The position numbers were made by a program, and so were the translations under genes. A stretch of DNA of 64,000 nucleotides, from NCBI GenBank assembly GCA_965215505.1, contig OZ244065.1, positions 4,064,001 to 4,128,000 on the forward strand, read 5' to 3'. Of this stretch, positions 1 to 8,839 are shown in pieces. The first letter of the stretch is position 1, and each line of letters starts with the position of its first letter. The notes beneath the pieces were generated by a model, which saw only the letters and a program-made list of their open reading frames with translations, had not been told where the DNA came from and searched no databases. This stretch comes from Capsulimonadaceae bacterium (GTDB lineage: Bacteria; Armatimonadota; Armatimonadia; Armatimonadales; Capsulimonadaceae).

Positions 1-2
1 GC

Positions 3-815
3 ATCTTCACCGTTCTGGACGCCCCCGTCACGGTCACGGACGCGCCCGGCGCGGTCACCCTGCCGCCCGTGCGCGGCGGCATCGTCTTCGACCAGGTGGA
101 GTTCCGCTACCGCACGGATACCCCGCCCATCCTGGACCGGCTCACGCTCCGCATCCAGCCGGGCCAGACAGCCGCCCTGGTCGGCGACTCGGGTGCGGGC
201 AAAAGCACCCTGTTCGCCCTCGTGTCCCGCTTCTGGGACCCCGACGCGGGCCGCGTCCTTGTAGACGGCCATGACCTGCGCGACGTCACCCAGGAGTCGT
301 TGCGCCGCCAGATCGCCTCAGTGCAGCAGGAGACGTTCCTGTTCGGGGCCAGCGTCAAAGAGAACATCCGCTACGCCCGCCCGGACGCCGAAGACTCCGA
401 GGTGGAGGAAGCCGCCCGCGCCGCCAACGCCCACGACTTCATCACCGCCCTGCCCGACGGCTACGACACGCTTGTCGGCGAGCGCGGCGTCAAGCTCTCC
501 GGCGGCCAGCGGCAGCGGCTCTCGGTCGCCCGCGCCTTCCTCGCCGACCCGGCCATCCTCCTCTTGGACGAGGCCACCAGCGCCGTCGAGCCGGACTCGG
601 AGCGCGTCATCCAGGACGCCCTGGCCCGCCTGATGCGGGGCCGGACGACCATCCTCGCCGCCCACCGCCTGTCCACCGTCCGCCACGCCGACGTCATCTT
701 CGTCCTGGACCACGGCCGCCTCGCCGAGCAGGGCACGCATGACGCCCTGATGCGCCAGGGTGGCCGCTACGCCCGCCTCGTCTCCCAGCAGCAGGGCGTG
801 TTGGAACCCGCGTAA
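3..815 (+). CDS. ABC transporter ATP-binding/permease (MsbA-like), C-terminal part; 5' end lies outside the window
   Basis: Walker [10 protein letters not shown], signature LSGGQRQR, Walker [10 protein letters not shown]; frame is open from position 3. Confidence 0.93.
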   Translation: MFTVLDAPVTVTDAPGAVTLPPVRGGIVFDQVEFRYRTDTPPILDRLTLRIQPGQTAALVGDSGAGKSTLFALVSRFWDPDAGRVLVDGHDLRDVTQESLRRQIASVQQETFLFGASVKENIRYARPDAEDSEVEEAARAANAHDFITALPDGYDTLVGERGVKLSGGQRQRLSVARAFLADPAILLLDEATSAVEPDSERVIQDALARLMRGRTTILAAHRLSTVRHADVIFVLDHGRLAEQGTHDALMRQGGRYARLVSQQQGVLEPA

Positions 816-940
816 GGGCGCGATTCATCGCGCCCCATCCTGGGGGGCTGGAAAGAACCGGGGGGCAGGGCGACCCTGCCCCTACGGCCTGTTCCGGCCT
901 GTTCCGGCCTGTTCTCGTAGGGGCGGGGTCCCCCCGCCCT
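812..940. repeat. Cluster of three GTAG/GTAA-type REP palindromes (812-835, 863-885, 917-940)
   Basis: GTAAGGGCGCGATTCATCGCGCCC, GGGCAGGGCGACCCTGCCCCTAC, GTAGGGGCGGGGTCCCCCCGCCCT; 10-bp x3 tandem repeat at 885-914 between them. Confidence 0.8.
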
Positions 941-1059
941 CCTCTATCCCCTCCCTTGTTTCCCTTGTGCCCCTCAGCCCTGGAAGCGATCTTCCCGATG
1001 CAGGAATAAAGCCTGCCCATGGGGAACCAGCAGGCAGGCGATACATGAGGAGGAGGCAA

Positions 1060-1302
1060 ATGGCAACGACAATACCTACTGTGCAGAAGAGCCGGATCAG
1101 GTCGGTCACGCAGGCCGTGATGCCGTCTGTGCAGATGGCGTCACAAGTGATACTTGGCGTTAGCGTGATGGACGCGGCCCGCGAGTTGTTCTATCCGGAC
1201 ATGCCACGGCACAGCCCAGAACTCTACCTGTGCAGGCTGGGCAGCTTTCTGGCCGGCGTCATTCTGGTGAAGGCAGCCCAATGGCGGAAGACCACGGGTT
1301 GA
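1060..1302 (+). CDS. Small hypothetical membrane protein (80 aa)
   Basis: Strong SD GAGGAGG before ATG 1060; two hydrophobic segments. Confidence 0.6.
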   Translation: MATTIPTVQKSRIRSVTQAVMPSVQMASQVILGVSVMDAARELFYPDMPRHSPELYLCRLGSFLAGVILVKAAQWRKTTG

Positions 1303-1494
1303 AACCCGAGGCACCGAAAAGCCCGCCGTCCAGGGGACGCGAGAGACAGGAGCAGACGCAAGAAATAGGGTATGGCCCTGTAGGGGCGGGGTCCCCCCGC
1401 CCTCTTTCAATCCCTGCTCTCCTGTCTCCGCCCTTCCTCATCCTAACGTCGTTTCGACGGTGGGAACTTCGGTGCCTTGGGTTTCAACCCACGG
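1292..1494. mobile_element. MITE-like inverted-repeat element with TTGAAA-centred palindromic ends and a nested GTAG REP (1380-1403)
   Basis: CCACGGGTTGAAACCCGAGGCACCGAA (1292-1318) is the inverted repeat of TTCGGTGCCTTGGGTTTCAACCCACGG (1468-1494), 3 mismatches. Confidence 0.6.
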
Positions 1495-1520
1495 CCCTCT
1501 TGAATCGAGGATTACAGCGC

Positions 1521-2165
1521 GTGGCAAGATTTTTGGTGACCGAGGCCGACGGCGTACTGGTCGTCGAGCGCAACAGGAAAATGGATGCTCTAACCTTCGC
1601 CTGCTTCGCCCTGGCAGCGGCCCTGACGCTCGGACTTTTGTGGCTCCCGATCCGCCACGGGCCGCCCGTCTGGGTCCGTCTTGATCTGACGGCCTGCCTG
1701 ATGCCGGTCTTTACCATCTTCGGCTGGGCAATGGCTGACTCGTGCCGCCGCCGGACGTTCGTCTTCGACCGCGCCCAGGGCCAGGTGTCCTTCAACGGGT
1801 GGCCCGTCCAGGCGATGGCGGAACTCCAAAGCGTCTATCTGGAGCGTGTTTCCTACCGCGACTCCCAGGCCAACATCCTGTTTTTGCGGACAAAAAATCG
1901 GGTGCAGATCGAGATCACGCGTGAGGGCCTTCCGGGAGGTACTCTGCCGGAGATGCGGCGCATGGCGGAGCGGATCGCGGACTACGCCGGGGTTGATCTA
2001 GTGACACCTGACGGCTTCATGCCGGGCTGGCGGAGTGCTATCATCTCCTCGGACCGTCTGAAGCGCCAGGGAAAGAGGCCGTGCCAAAGGCTGAAGCGGC
2101 TTAAAGCGGATGGCCCATCAAGTCGGCGGCGCAATCTCCGGGCGCGTCATTGGGGCGCGCGCTGA
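1521..2165 (+). CDS. Hypothetical membrane protein (two TM helices plus a soluble domain)
   Basis: GTG start downstream of the repeat element; two hydrophobic stretches; start and end uncertain. Confidence 0.55.
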   Translation: MARFLVTEADGVLVVERNRKMDALTFACFALAAALTLGLLWLPIRHGPPVWVRLDLTACLMPVFTIFGWAMADSCRRRTFVFDRAQGQVSFNGWPVQAMAELQSVYLERVSYRDSQANILFLRTKNRVQIEITREGLPGGTLPEMRRMAERIADYAGVDLVTPDGFMPGWRSAIISSDRLKRQGKRPCQRLKRLKADGPSSRRRNLRARHWGAR

Positions 2166-2251
2166 ACGCCGCTTGGGCCGCAGGCACGACCACTCAGCCG
2201 CGCTCGGACCGATCTCGTAAAAGTTCAGGTGCTTGTCAAAGGAGAAGAGCC

Positions 2252-2599
2252 ATGATCAAAGTGTTCACGTCGCCGAACCTGGCGGAAGCCGAAATGCTGC
2301 AAGGCATTCTGGAGGGGGAGGCTATTCCCTGCATCGTGCGGAACCAGCATTCCAACATCGCGAACGGAGAAATCCCCTTCACGGACAACTGGCCGGAGAT
2401 CTGGGTCCTGCGCGAAGCCGACGCCGACGCGGCCCGGCTGCTCCTCAGCACGCCCGCGCCCGTCGCCGCCGACTGGGTGTGCCCCCGGTGCGGGGAGGAC
2501 AACGAAGGCCAGTTCACCGCCTGCTGGAACTGCTCCCAGAACCGGCCCGTGGCGGGGCTGGAAGGGGCGGGGCTGGAAGGGGCGGGGGCGGAGGCATGA
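2252..2599 (+). CDS. DUF2007-like putative signal-transducing protein with C-terminal RanBP2-type zinc finger
   Basis: EAEMLQGILEGEAIPC motif; WVCPRCGEDNEGQFTACWNC; SD AGGAG. Confidence 0.8.
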   Translation: MIKVFTSPNLAEAEMLQGILEGEAIPCIVRNQHSNIANGEIPFTDNWPEIWVLREADADAARLLLSTPAPVAADWVCPRCGEDNEGQFTACWNCSQNRPVAGLEGAGLEGAGAEA

Positions 2600-2859
2600 A
2601 ACTGACCGGGGACCTCCAGAGCGCGCGGCTGATCTACCTGAAGGGGTTCCTGTTCCTGGTGACGGGCCTGCTCGCCCTGACCGCGCTCCTGCTGGACAGC
2701 CCGACGCTGCGGACGGCGTTCCTGCTGGGGATCGCCATCTGGTCGTTCTGCCGCCTGTACTACTTCATGTTCTATGTCATCGAGAAGTATGTGGACCCAG
2801 GCTACAAGTTCGCCGGGCTGTATTCGTTCCTGGTGTATCTGGCGCGAAGGCGGGGGTAG
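2596..2859 (+). CDS. Small membrane protein
   Basis: ATGA overlap with the upstream gene, SD GGAGG, hydrophobic 87-aa ORF. Confidence 0.75.
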   Translation: MKLTGDLQSARLIYLKGFLFLVTGLLALTALLLDSPTLRTAFLLGIAIWSFCRLYYFMFYVIEKYVDPGYKFAGLYSFLVYLARRRG

Positions 2860-2893
2860 GGGAGGGACCCGGCCATGAGTGGCCGGTTCATGC

Positions 2894-3428
2894 ATGCCAA
2901 AACACTACATGATGGAAATGCGCCTCGATCTGTCATCCGTAGACACAGCGGCATTTGGGGCCATCGTCAACGCTCAAACAGGAGGCGGAGGCAGACCCGG
3001 AGGCCGTGGGACGGGCCTACCAATGTCACATGACGTGTCGCTTGCGGCAGCCGCCGACGGTCTTGCGGCGGGAGCCGATCCCGTTTGAGCAGTGGCAGGA
3101 GAGCGTCGTGACTGGCCCTGAAGCCTTGCCGGACGCCTACTTCATCGCTAAATCTAGTGCAGAATACGTTGGCGTATGCCTTTTGGAACGGGTCGTCGGG
3201 AATCCGGAGGCATTGGGGAGTGGGTTCACGGGGACGCTGCCCGCGTGGAGCGGGAGGGGCATCGCGAAGGCGCTCAAGGCCCATGCACTGCTCTGGGCCA
3301 ACCGGCAGGGCTACGGCTGGGTCGAGACGAGTAACCTTCAGATAAACCGCAGGATGTGCGCGATCAACCGGACACTCGGCTTCCAGATCGTCCGGCGTCA
3401 CCTGCACGCCTACGCCGTTCCCGCCTAA
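2894..3428 (+). pseudogene. GNAT-family N-acetyltransferase, frame-disrupted near ~2965
   Basis: C-terminal frame has the GNAT motif TGTLPAWSGRGIAKALK and N..M.AIN..LGF; the plausible N-terminus (MPKHYMMEMRLDLS) is in a different frame. Confidence 0.6.
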
Positions 3429-3435
3429 ACTTCCC

Positions 3436-5148
3436 CTAAAACCCCTGCAAAAAGCTGACGCTGACGATGTGGCGGCGCAAAGTCTCGCCGTAGTCCGCGC
3501 CGCCCGTGCCGCTGCCGGGGGCGAGGACCAGGCCGGGGTAGGGGTCTTCGCGGTAGAAGTCGTAAGACAACCCGACGGACCGGGCCGCGCTGAGGTGGTA
3601 GGCGAGGGAGACGTCTAGGGCGGAGGCGCGGACGGCGGGGAAGTCGGCGGAGGCGCGGCGGCGGTCGCGGCCTTCAGCGCTGAGGTCCAGGCGCGGGGCG
3701 AGTCGCTGGCCCAGTCGCAGATACACCTCGTTGCCGTTGGGCCCGATAGGGTCGCCGAGCGGCAGGCCGTCCCGAAAAGACGCCAGTGTCGGGATGGCGG
3801 GCGGGACACGGGTGTAAAGTTCGCGGTCGGCGTGGGTGAACTCCAAGACGACATCCGTCCCGGACCGGGCAAAGGCGTCCGCGTAGCCCAGCAGGTAGGC
3901 GATCTTGCGCGGCGTCTTGTTGCCCAGGCCCAGGCCGTTCGGGGCCTGGAGGTCGTCAACGTAGAACTGGGTGTAGAGCCGCCGCGGAGTGCCCGGCCCG
4001 CGCGGGGTGACGGCGAAGCCGATGTTGAGGTTGTAGTTGAAGACGTAAGGCTCGCGGCTGTTGCCCAGATACGTCTTTTGGTAGAGGTAATACGGCAGCA
4101 CCTGCAAGGGACCTTTGCCGAACTCCGTGGAGGTGTACGTCTCCTCGACCGATAGCATAGTCCGGTCGCCGATGGGGTGTTCCAGCCGCCGCCCGCCGCT
4201 GTAGATGGTCCGGCCGGCGTTGCTGTAACGCGACAGGAGCTGGGTCAGACGGTAATCCCCCAAGAGGTGTCCGAGCGAGAACGGCAGCTCCAGTTGGAAG
4301 GTCGGGCGGGCGGGCGCGTTGTCGTCCAGGAGCAGGTCCCCCCGGTATCCGCTGCCCCAGCGCTGGCGCAGCTCGCCGACGGTCACGCGCAGGCCGCGAC
4401 TGCTGACGGCGGTCACGTAGGCCTCGTCTATGCCGTTCAGCAGGTCCGGCTCGTCCCCGCCGCTGTGGCCGTCATTGCGGGTGCTGACCGAGGAGTTCAG
4501 CCGGGTCTGGCGGTAGATGTTGGTCAGGCTGACCGTGTAAGCCCCGTCGCGCCCCAGGTTCCCCAGCAGGCGCGCGCGCCCGAGCAGCTCGCCGTGGCTG
4601 TGGAGGTTCGTTCCCTCGTCATCCCTGCCACCCGCCGTGGCCTCGACGAAGCCGGTGACGACCGGCGTGGAGGTGCCCCCGGAGGGGAACGGCTCGTCGG
4701 GCTTTCCGAGTTCGGGCGCGAGGATGTTCCGGCAGTAGGCCAGGGCAGCGGCGGCGCGCGCATCAGCGGGAACGTCCGTGATGGGCCGGATGATGTCTGC
4801 CATCTCGCGGCGGGTGTAGAGCCGGGCCGTGACGCCCAGAAGCCGTGTCGCGTCCGGCGAGCCGGGCGGCGTCAGGTGCTTGGCCGTGAGCAGGGCGACG
4901 GCGTCATACAGGCCGGACCCGGCGGGGACCAGGTCCTCGGGCGACGTAGCGCGGGCGGGGGACAGGGCGAAGGACAGTATCAGGGCGAGCGGGAGGGCAG
5001 CGCGGAGCAGAAGCGTGGAGCCTAGGGCCGGCACAGAACACAGGGCGAACACAAGGTTCGCCCCTACGACCTGTTTTCCTAGTCCGTAGGGGCGAACCTT
5101 GTGTTCGCCCTTCCTGTTCTGTTCGCCCGTCTTTCCAAATGTTTTCAT
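3436..5148 (-). CDS. Capsule assembly Wzi-like outer-membrane beta-barrel protein
   Basis: Signal peptide ending ARA, WGSGYRGDLLLDDNAP motif, LGDPIGPN, C-terminal Phe; ATGA-coupled to the GT4 gene. Confidence 0.7.
   Translation of the reverse strand: MKTFGKTGEQNRKGEHKVRPYGLGKQVVGANLVFALCSVPALGSTLLLRAALPLALILSFALSPARATSPEDLVPAGSGLYDAVALLTAKHLTPPGSPDATRLLGVTARLYTRREMADIIRPITDVPADARAAAALAYCRNILAPELGKPDEPFPSGGTSTPVVTGFVEATAGGRDDEGTNLHSHGELLGRARLLGNLGRDGAYTVSLTNIYRQTRLNSSVSTRNDGHSGGDEPDLLNGIDEAYVTAVSSRGLRVTVGELRQRWGSGYRGDLLLDDNAPARPTFQLELPFSLGHLLGDYRLTQLLSRYSNAGRTIYSGGRRLEHPIGDRTMLSVEETYTSTEFGKGPLQVLPYYLYQKTYLGNSREPYVFNYNLNIGFAVTPRGPGTPRRLYTQFYVDDLQAPNGLGLGNKTPRKIAYLLGYADAFARSGTDVVLEFTHADRELYTRVPPAIPTLASFRDGLPLGDPIGPNGNEVYLRLGQRLAPRLDLSAEGRDRRRASADFPAVRASALDVSLAYHLSAARSVGLSYDFYREDPYPGLVLAPGSGTGGADYGETLRRHIVSVSFLQGF
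5042..5111. repeat. Inverted REP doublet inside the 5' end of the Wzi-like CDS
   Basis: AGGGCGAACACAAGGTTCGCCCCTAC (5042-5067) and GTAGGGGCGAACCTTGTGTTCGCCCT (5086-5111). Confidence 0.85.
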
Positions 5149-6425
5149 AGCGGCACCGCGCCCGGTTTGCCGACGGACGGCGAGGCCCCGCTGCCGGGCA
5201 TCAGCCGCTCGAAAATGGCCTCGTACTGGCGCGCGACACTGACGCGGGTGTAGTGCGCCTCGACGTGCAGCCGGCCACGGCGGCCAAGCTCCGCGCACCG
5301 CGTCCGGTCGTCATAAAGCGACTGCACGGCGTCGGCCAGCGCGCGGGCGTCTTCGGGCGGGACGCACAGGCCGCAGCCCGAGTCGGCGATCACCTTGGAG
5401 GTCTCGCTGTGGGCGTCCACGCCCGCGATCATCGGGCGGGCGACGCCCATGATCGTGAACAGCTTGCTCGGCACCGAGTCGTTAGTGAAGCCACGCCGGA
5501 GCGGGATCAGGCCGACATCGGCGGCGGAATACAGGAGTGGCACGCGGTCGTAAGACTGGTACGGCAGGAACTCGACGTTGGTCAGCCCCAGCGCCTCGGC
5601 CTGCGCCATCAGAGCAGGCTTGGACGCCCCGTTGCCGACGACGGCGAATAGCAGGTCTGGGATGTGCCGCAGCAGGTGGGCGGCCTCAAGGACCGTGTCC
5701 AGCCCCTGGGACATGCCGACGTTGCCGGCGAATAGGGCGACGAATTTGTCGTCCCAGCCCTGCTCCCGGCTGAACTCGTTGCGGCGCGGGTGGGGCGCGA
5801 CGAAGGCGGCGTCAATGAAGTTCGGGATGACCTCGATCTTCTCGGTCGGCACGCCCTTGGCGGCCAGGTTTTCCTTGAAGCCCTCGGAGATCACCGTGAT
5901 CGCCGCCGAGTGGGCGTAAACGAACTTTTCCAGCTTCTTGTAGACGGCGATGACGGCGGGGTTCTTCATGACGCCCATGCGGATAGCGACGTCCGGGTAG
6001 ATGTCCTGGATGTTGGAGATGAACGGGACGCCGCGCAGCCGCCCCAGCAGGTAGGCCGACGCGCCGTTGGTCAGCGGCGGCGAGGGGGAGGGCGTGACGA
6101 TGATGTCCGGGCGCGGCATGAGCTGGCCGGCCAGGGCGGAGAGCAGGGTGAACGAAAGGTAGGAAAAGAAGCGCGGCAGCAGCCTGTCTTTGTTGACGGG
6201 GACATACGACCAGACGCGCTGGACCAGGATCTTGCCCTGCCGCTCGCGCATCCACGCCTTGCCCCTGTACTCTTTCCAGATGGAGTTGGTCGAGTAGTGC
6301 GGCATGCTGGTGACGACCCGGACATCGTGCCCCTGCTCGGCCAGCTCCTCGGCAAGCTCCGCCATGAGGATGCCGGTGGCCGCGTTGTCCGGCTTGTAAT
6401 ACATCGTCAGAAAAAGAATCCGCAT
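5145..6425 (-). CDS. Glycosyltransferase family 4 (WcaI-like)
   Basis: MRILFLTMYYKPD start, QDIYPD, AGNVGMSQGL, SVPSKL. Confidence 0.9.
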   Translation of the reverse strand: MRILFLTMYYKPDNAATGILMAELAEELAEQGHDVRVVTSMPHYSTNSIWKEYRGKAWMRERQGKILVQRVWSYVPVNKDRLLPRFFSYLSFTLLSALAGQLMPRPDIIVTPSPSPPLTNGASAYLLGRLRGVPFISNIQDIYPDVAIRMGVMKNPAVIAVYKKLEKFVYAHSAAITVISEGFKENLAAKGVPTEKIEVIPNFIDAAFVAPHPRRNEFSREQGWDDKFVALFAGNVGMSQGLDTVLEAAHLLRHIPDLLFAVVGNGASKPALMAQAEALGLTNVEFLPYQSYDRVPLLYSAADVGLIPLRRGFTNDSVPSKLFTIMGVARPMIAGVDAHSETSKVIADSGCGLCVPPEDARALADAVQSLYDDRTRCAELGRRGRLHVEAHYTRVSVARQYEAIFERLMPGSGASPSVGKPGAVPL

Positions 6426-6463
6426 GAACCCATCCGCCCCGTTCCGCCTCAGTCCGCGCCGGC

Positions 6464-7564
6464 TCAGTCCGCGCTGGTCGGCGCGCTTCCGCTGGGGGAA
6501 GGTCGCCACCGGTTCTCATTGGCCTGGTAGATCTCCTGCAAGATCGCGTGAATGTCGTACTCTTGTTTCCACTCGGGATACTGAGACTGAAACTTCCCGT
6601 TGTCGCCGACCCACCAGATGTGGTCGCCGGTCCGGTTCTGCTCCTGGTAAGTGTACTGGAGCGCCTTCCCGGCGATCCTCTGCCCCGCCTCGATTCCCTC
6701 CAGCATGGAGCAGTGGGAGAAGCGCCCGCCGCCGATGTTGTAGACCTCGGCGATGCGCGGGGCCTTGAAGAAGGCATCAAAGGCGCGGATCAGGTCATTG
6801 GAGTGGATGGCGTCGCGGACCTGCTTCCCTTTATACCCGAAAACCGTGTACGGCGTCTCGGTCATGATGCAGCGCATCAGGTAGGCCAGGAACCCGTGGA
6901 GCTGCGTGGCGGCGTGCTGCGGCCCGGTCAGGGTGCCGCCCCGGAAGCAGGCGGTCCGCAGGCCGAAGTAGCGCCCGTATTCCTGCACCAGCACGTCGGC
7001 GGCCACTTTGGAGGCCCCGAACAGGGAGTGCAGGCACTGGTCAATGGACATGTCCTCCCGAATCCCAGGCTCATAAGTGTGGCCCGGCGCGATCTCGTAG
7101 CGCGTCTCCTGCTCCACTAGGGGCAGGCGGTTGGGCGTGTCGCCGTAGACCTTGTTGGTGGAGGTGAAAATGAACACGGCCTCGGGGCAGCGGTGCCGGA
7201 CGGCTTCGAGGACGTTCAGGGTGCCGACGGCGTTGACGTCGAAGTCGGTGAACGGCTCGCGGGCGGCCCAGTCGTGGGACGGCTGGGCCGCCGTGTGGAT
7301 GACCAGGCTGACTTCCCGGCCGTAGCGCGCCAGCAGCGCGTCCACGGCGGCCCGGTCCCGGATGTCCAGGCCGTGGTGCGCGTACCGGCCGCCAAGCTCC
7401 GCCTGGAGGTCCTTGACGTTGTGGGCGGTGCTGGCCTCCGCGCCGAAGAAGACGCGCCGCATGTCGTTATCCACGCCGACCACGTCCATGCCCATCGCGC
7501 CGAAGTAGCGCGTCGCCTCGGACCCGATCAGGCCCGCCGATCCCGTTATGACTGCAACACTCAT
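6464..7564 (-). CDS. NAD-dependent epimerase/dehydratase (CDP-paratose 2-epimerase-like)
   Basis: ITGSAGLIG Rossmann motif, [14 protein letters not shown]; extended SDR. Confidence 0.85.
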   Translation of the reverse strand: MSVAVITGSAGLIGSEATRYFGAMGMDVVGVDNDMRRVFFGAEASTAHNVKDLQAELGGRYAHHGLDIRDRAAVDALLARYGREVSLVIHTAAQPSHDWAAREPFTDFDVNAVGTLNVLEAVRHRCPEAVFIFTSTNKVYGDTPNRLPLVEQETRYEIAPGHTYEPGIREDMSIDQCLHSLFGASKVAADVLVQEYGRYFGLRTACFRGGTLTGPQHAATQLHGFLAYLMRCIMTETPYTVFGYKGKQVRDAIHSNDLIRAFDAFFKAPRIAEVYNIGGGRFSHCSMLEGIEAGQRIAGKALQYTYQEQNRTGDHIWWVGDNGKFQSQYPEWKQEYDIHAILQEIYQANENRWRPSPSGSAPTSAD

Positions 7565-7666
7565 TTCTTTTGCCTACTCATCGCCGTCCCCCGTACCTCT
7601 ATTCACAGAGGCGTTCCCGCGCGGAATGTTTCATGAATCTGTCCCAAACCCCGAAGCGGGGGCGCA

Positions 7667-8839
7667 TCAGCGCGGCGTCTGCGCCTCGACCGCCTGCCAG
7701 ACCGCTTCGAGCGTGATGCCGGCGACGCACGGCTTCGGCTGGTCCGGCGGCACCTTGTAGATGCAGGCCCAGTCGCAGCCGAAACAGGGCATCGGGTGGG
7801 AGGCGGCCATCGGGAGCGGCCGCGCCGTGGGCCGCTCGGTCCGGTAGGGGACATAGCGCCCGTAGTGCCCCCCCCCGATGATGCAGACCGAGGGCGTCGC
7901 CAGCGCCGCCGCCATGTGCAGCCCGCTCGTCTCCGAGCCGACCACCAGCCGCGCACCCGCGATGACCCGGATGAGGTCGGGGAGCGACGTCCGCCCGGTC
8001 CAGTCTTCAATCGCCGCGCCCTCGTCTGCCGCGAGCCGCTCCCCCAGGGGCCGGTCCTGGCCGGCCCCGACGACGATCCCGGTCCAGCCCGTCCGCTCGT
8101 GCAGACGCCGCGCGAGCCGCGCGTAGTTCTCCAGCGGCCACTGCCGGTACGCCTTGCCCGCGCCGGGGACCAGCACATAGTAGTCGCCCGTGGGGAAACC
8201 CTCCGGCAGCCCCGGCGTCCGGGGCAGGACCGGCAGGTCCGCCCGGAAGTCCGCCGCGCCGAGCGCGCGCACGAAGTCGGCGTTGCGTTCCAGCTCCTGG
8301 CGCGGCTCGGGGTGGGAGCGGATGACCCGCGTGTACCACGAGTCCACCAGGCGCATCAGGGGCGGCGTGATGATCGAGAAGTCGCCGGAATGGCAGACGC
8401 GCTCCGACGCCCCGCTCGCCCGCGCCAGCGTGTCGCTCCACAGGAAGTCGCGCGAGAAGATCGGGTTGATCAGCGTCCCGAAGCCCTCGTGCCGGACGCG
8501 GGCGAGGAAGCGGAAGCGGTACAAAGGGTCGGTCACGAACTTCTTCCGGTCCATGCCCCAGACTCGGTCGAACGCGGGCACCTGCGCGGCCAATTCCTGC
8601 CAGGTCTTGTTGCCGACCAGGGTGATCTCGGCACCGGGGTACAGCGCGCGCAGGGCCGGGGCCGCGTCCTGCCAGACCACGAAGTCGCCCAGGGCGTCCA
8701 TGCGGAGGACCAGGACCTTGCCCGCGCCCCGGCCCTTCCGCACACACCGGGCGGCGGTGTCCACCGGCAGGAGGACGACCAGCCACCACAGCAGCCGCGT
8801 GACATCGCGCAGGGTCAGGCCTTTCAACCTAGTCGTCAT
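7667..8839 (-). CDS. Glycosyltransferase family 9 (heptosyltransferase-like)
   Basis: RMDALGD, PGAG...RQWP, GSETSGLHMAAAL. Confidence 0.88.
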   Translation of the reverse strand: MTTRLKGLTLRDVTRLLWWLVVLLPVDTAARCVRKGRGAGKVLVLRMDALGDFVVWQDAAPALRALYPGAEITLVGNKTWQELAAQVPAFDRVWGMDRKKFVTDPLYRFRFLARVRHEGFGTLINPIFSRDFLWSDTLARASGASERVCHSGDFSIITPPLMRLVDSWYTRVIRSHPEPRQELERNADFVRALGAADFRADLPVLPRTPGLPEGFPTGDYYVLVPGAGKAYRQWPLENYARLARRLHERTGWTGIVVGAGQDRPLGERLAADEGAAIEDWTGRTSLPDLIRVIAGARLVVGSETSGLHMAAALATPSVCIIGGGHYGRYVPYRTERPTARPLPMAASHPMPCFGCDWACIYKVPPDQPKPCVAGITLEAVWQAVEAQTPR

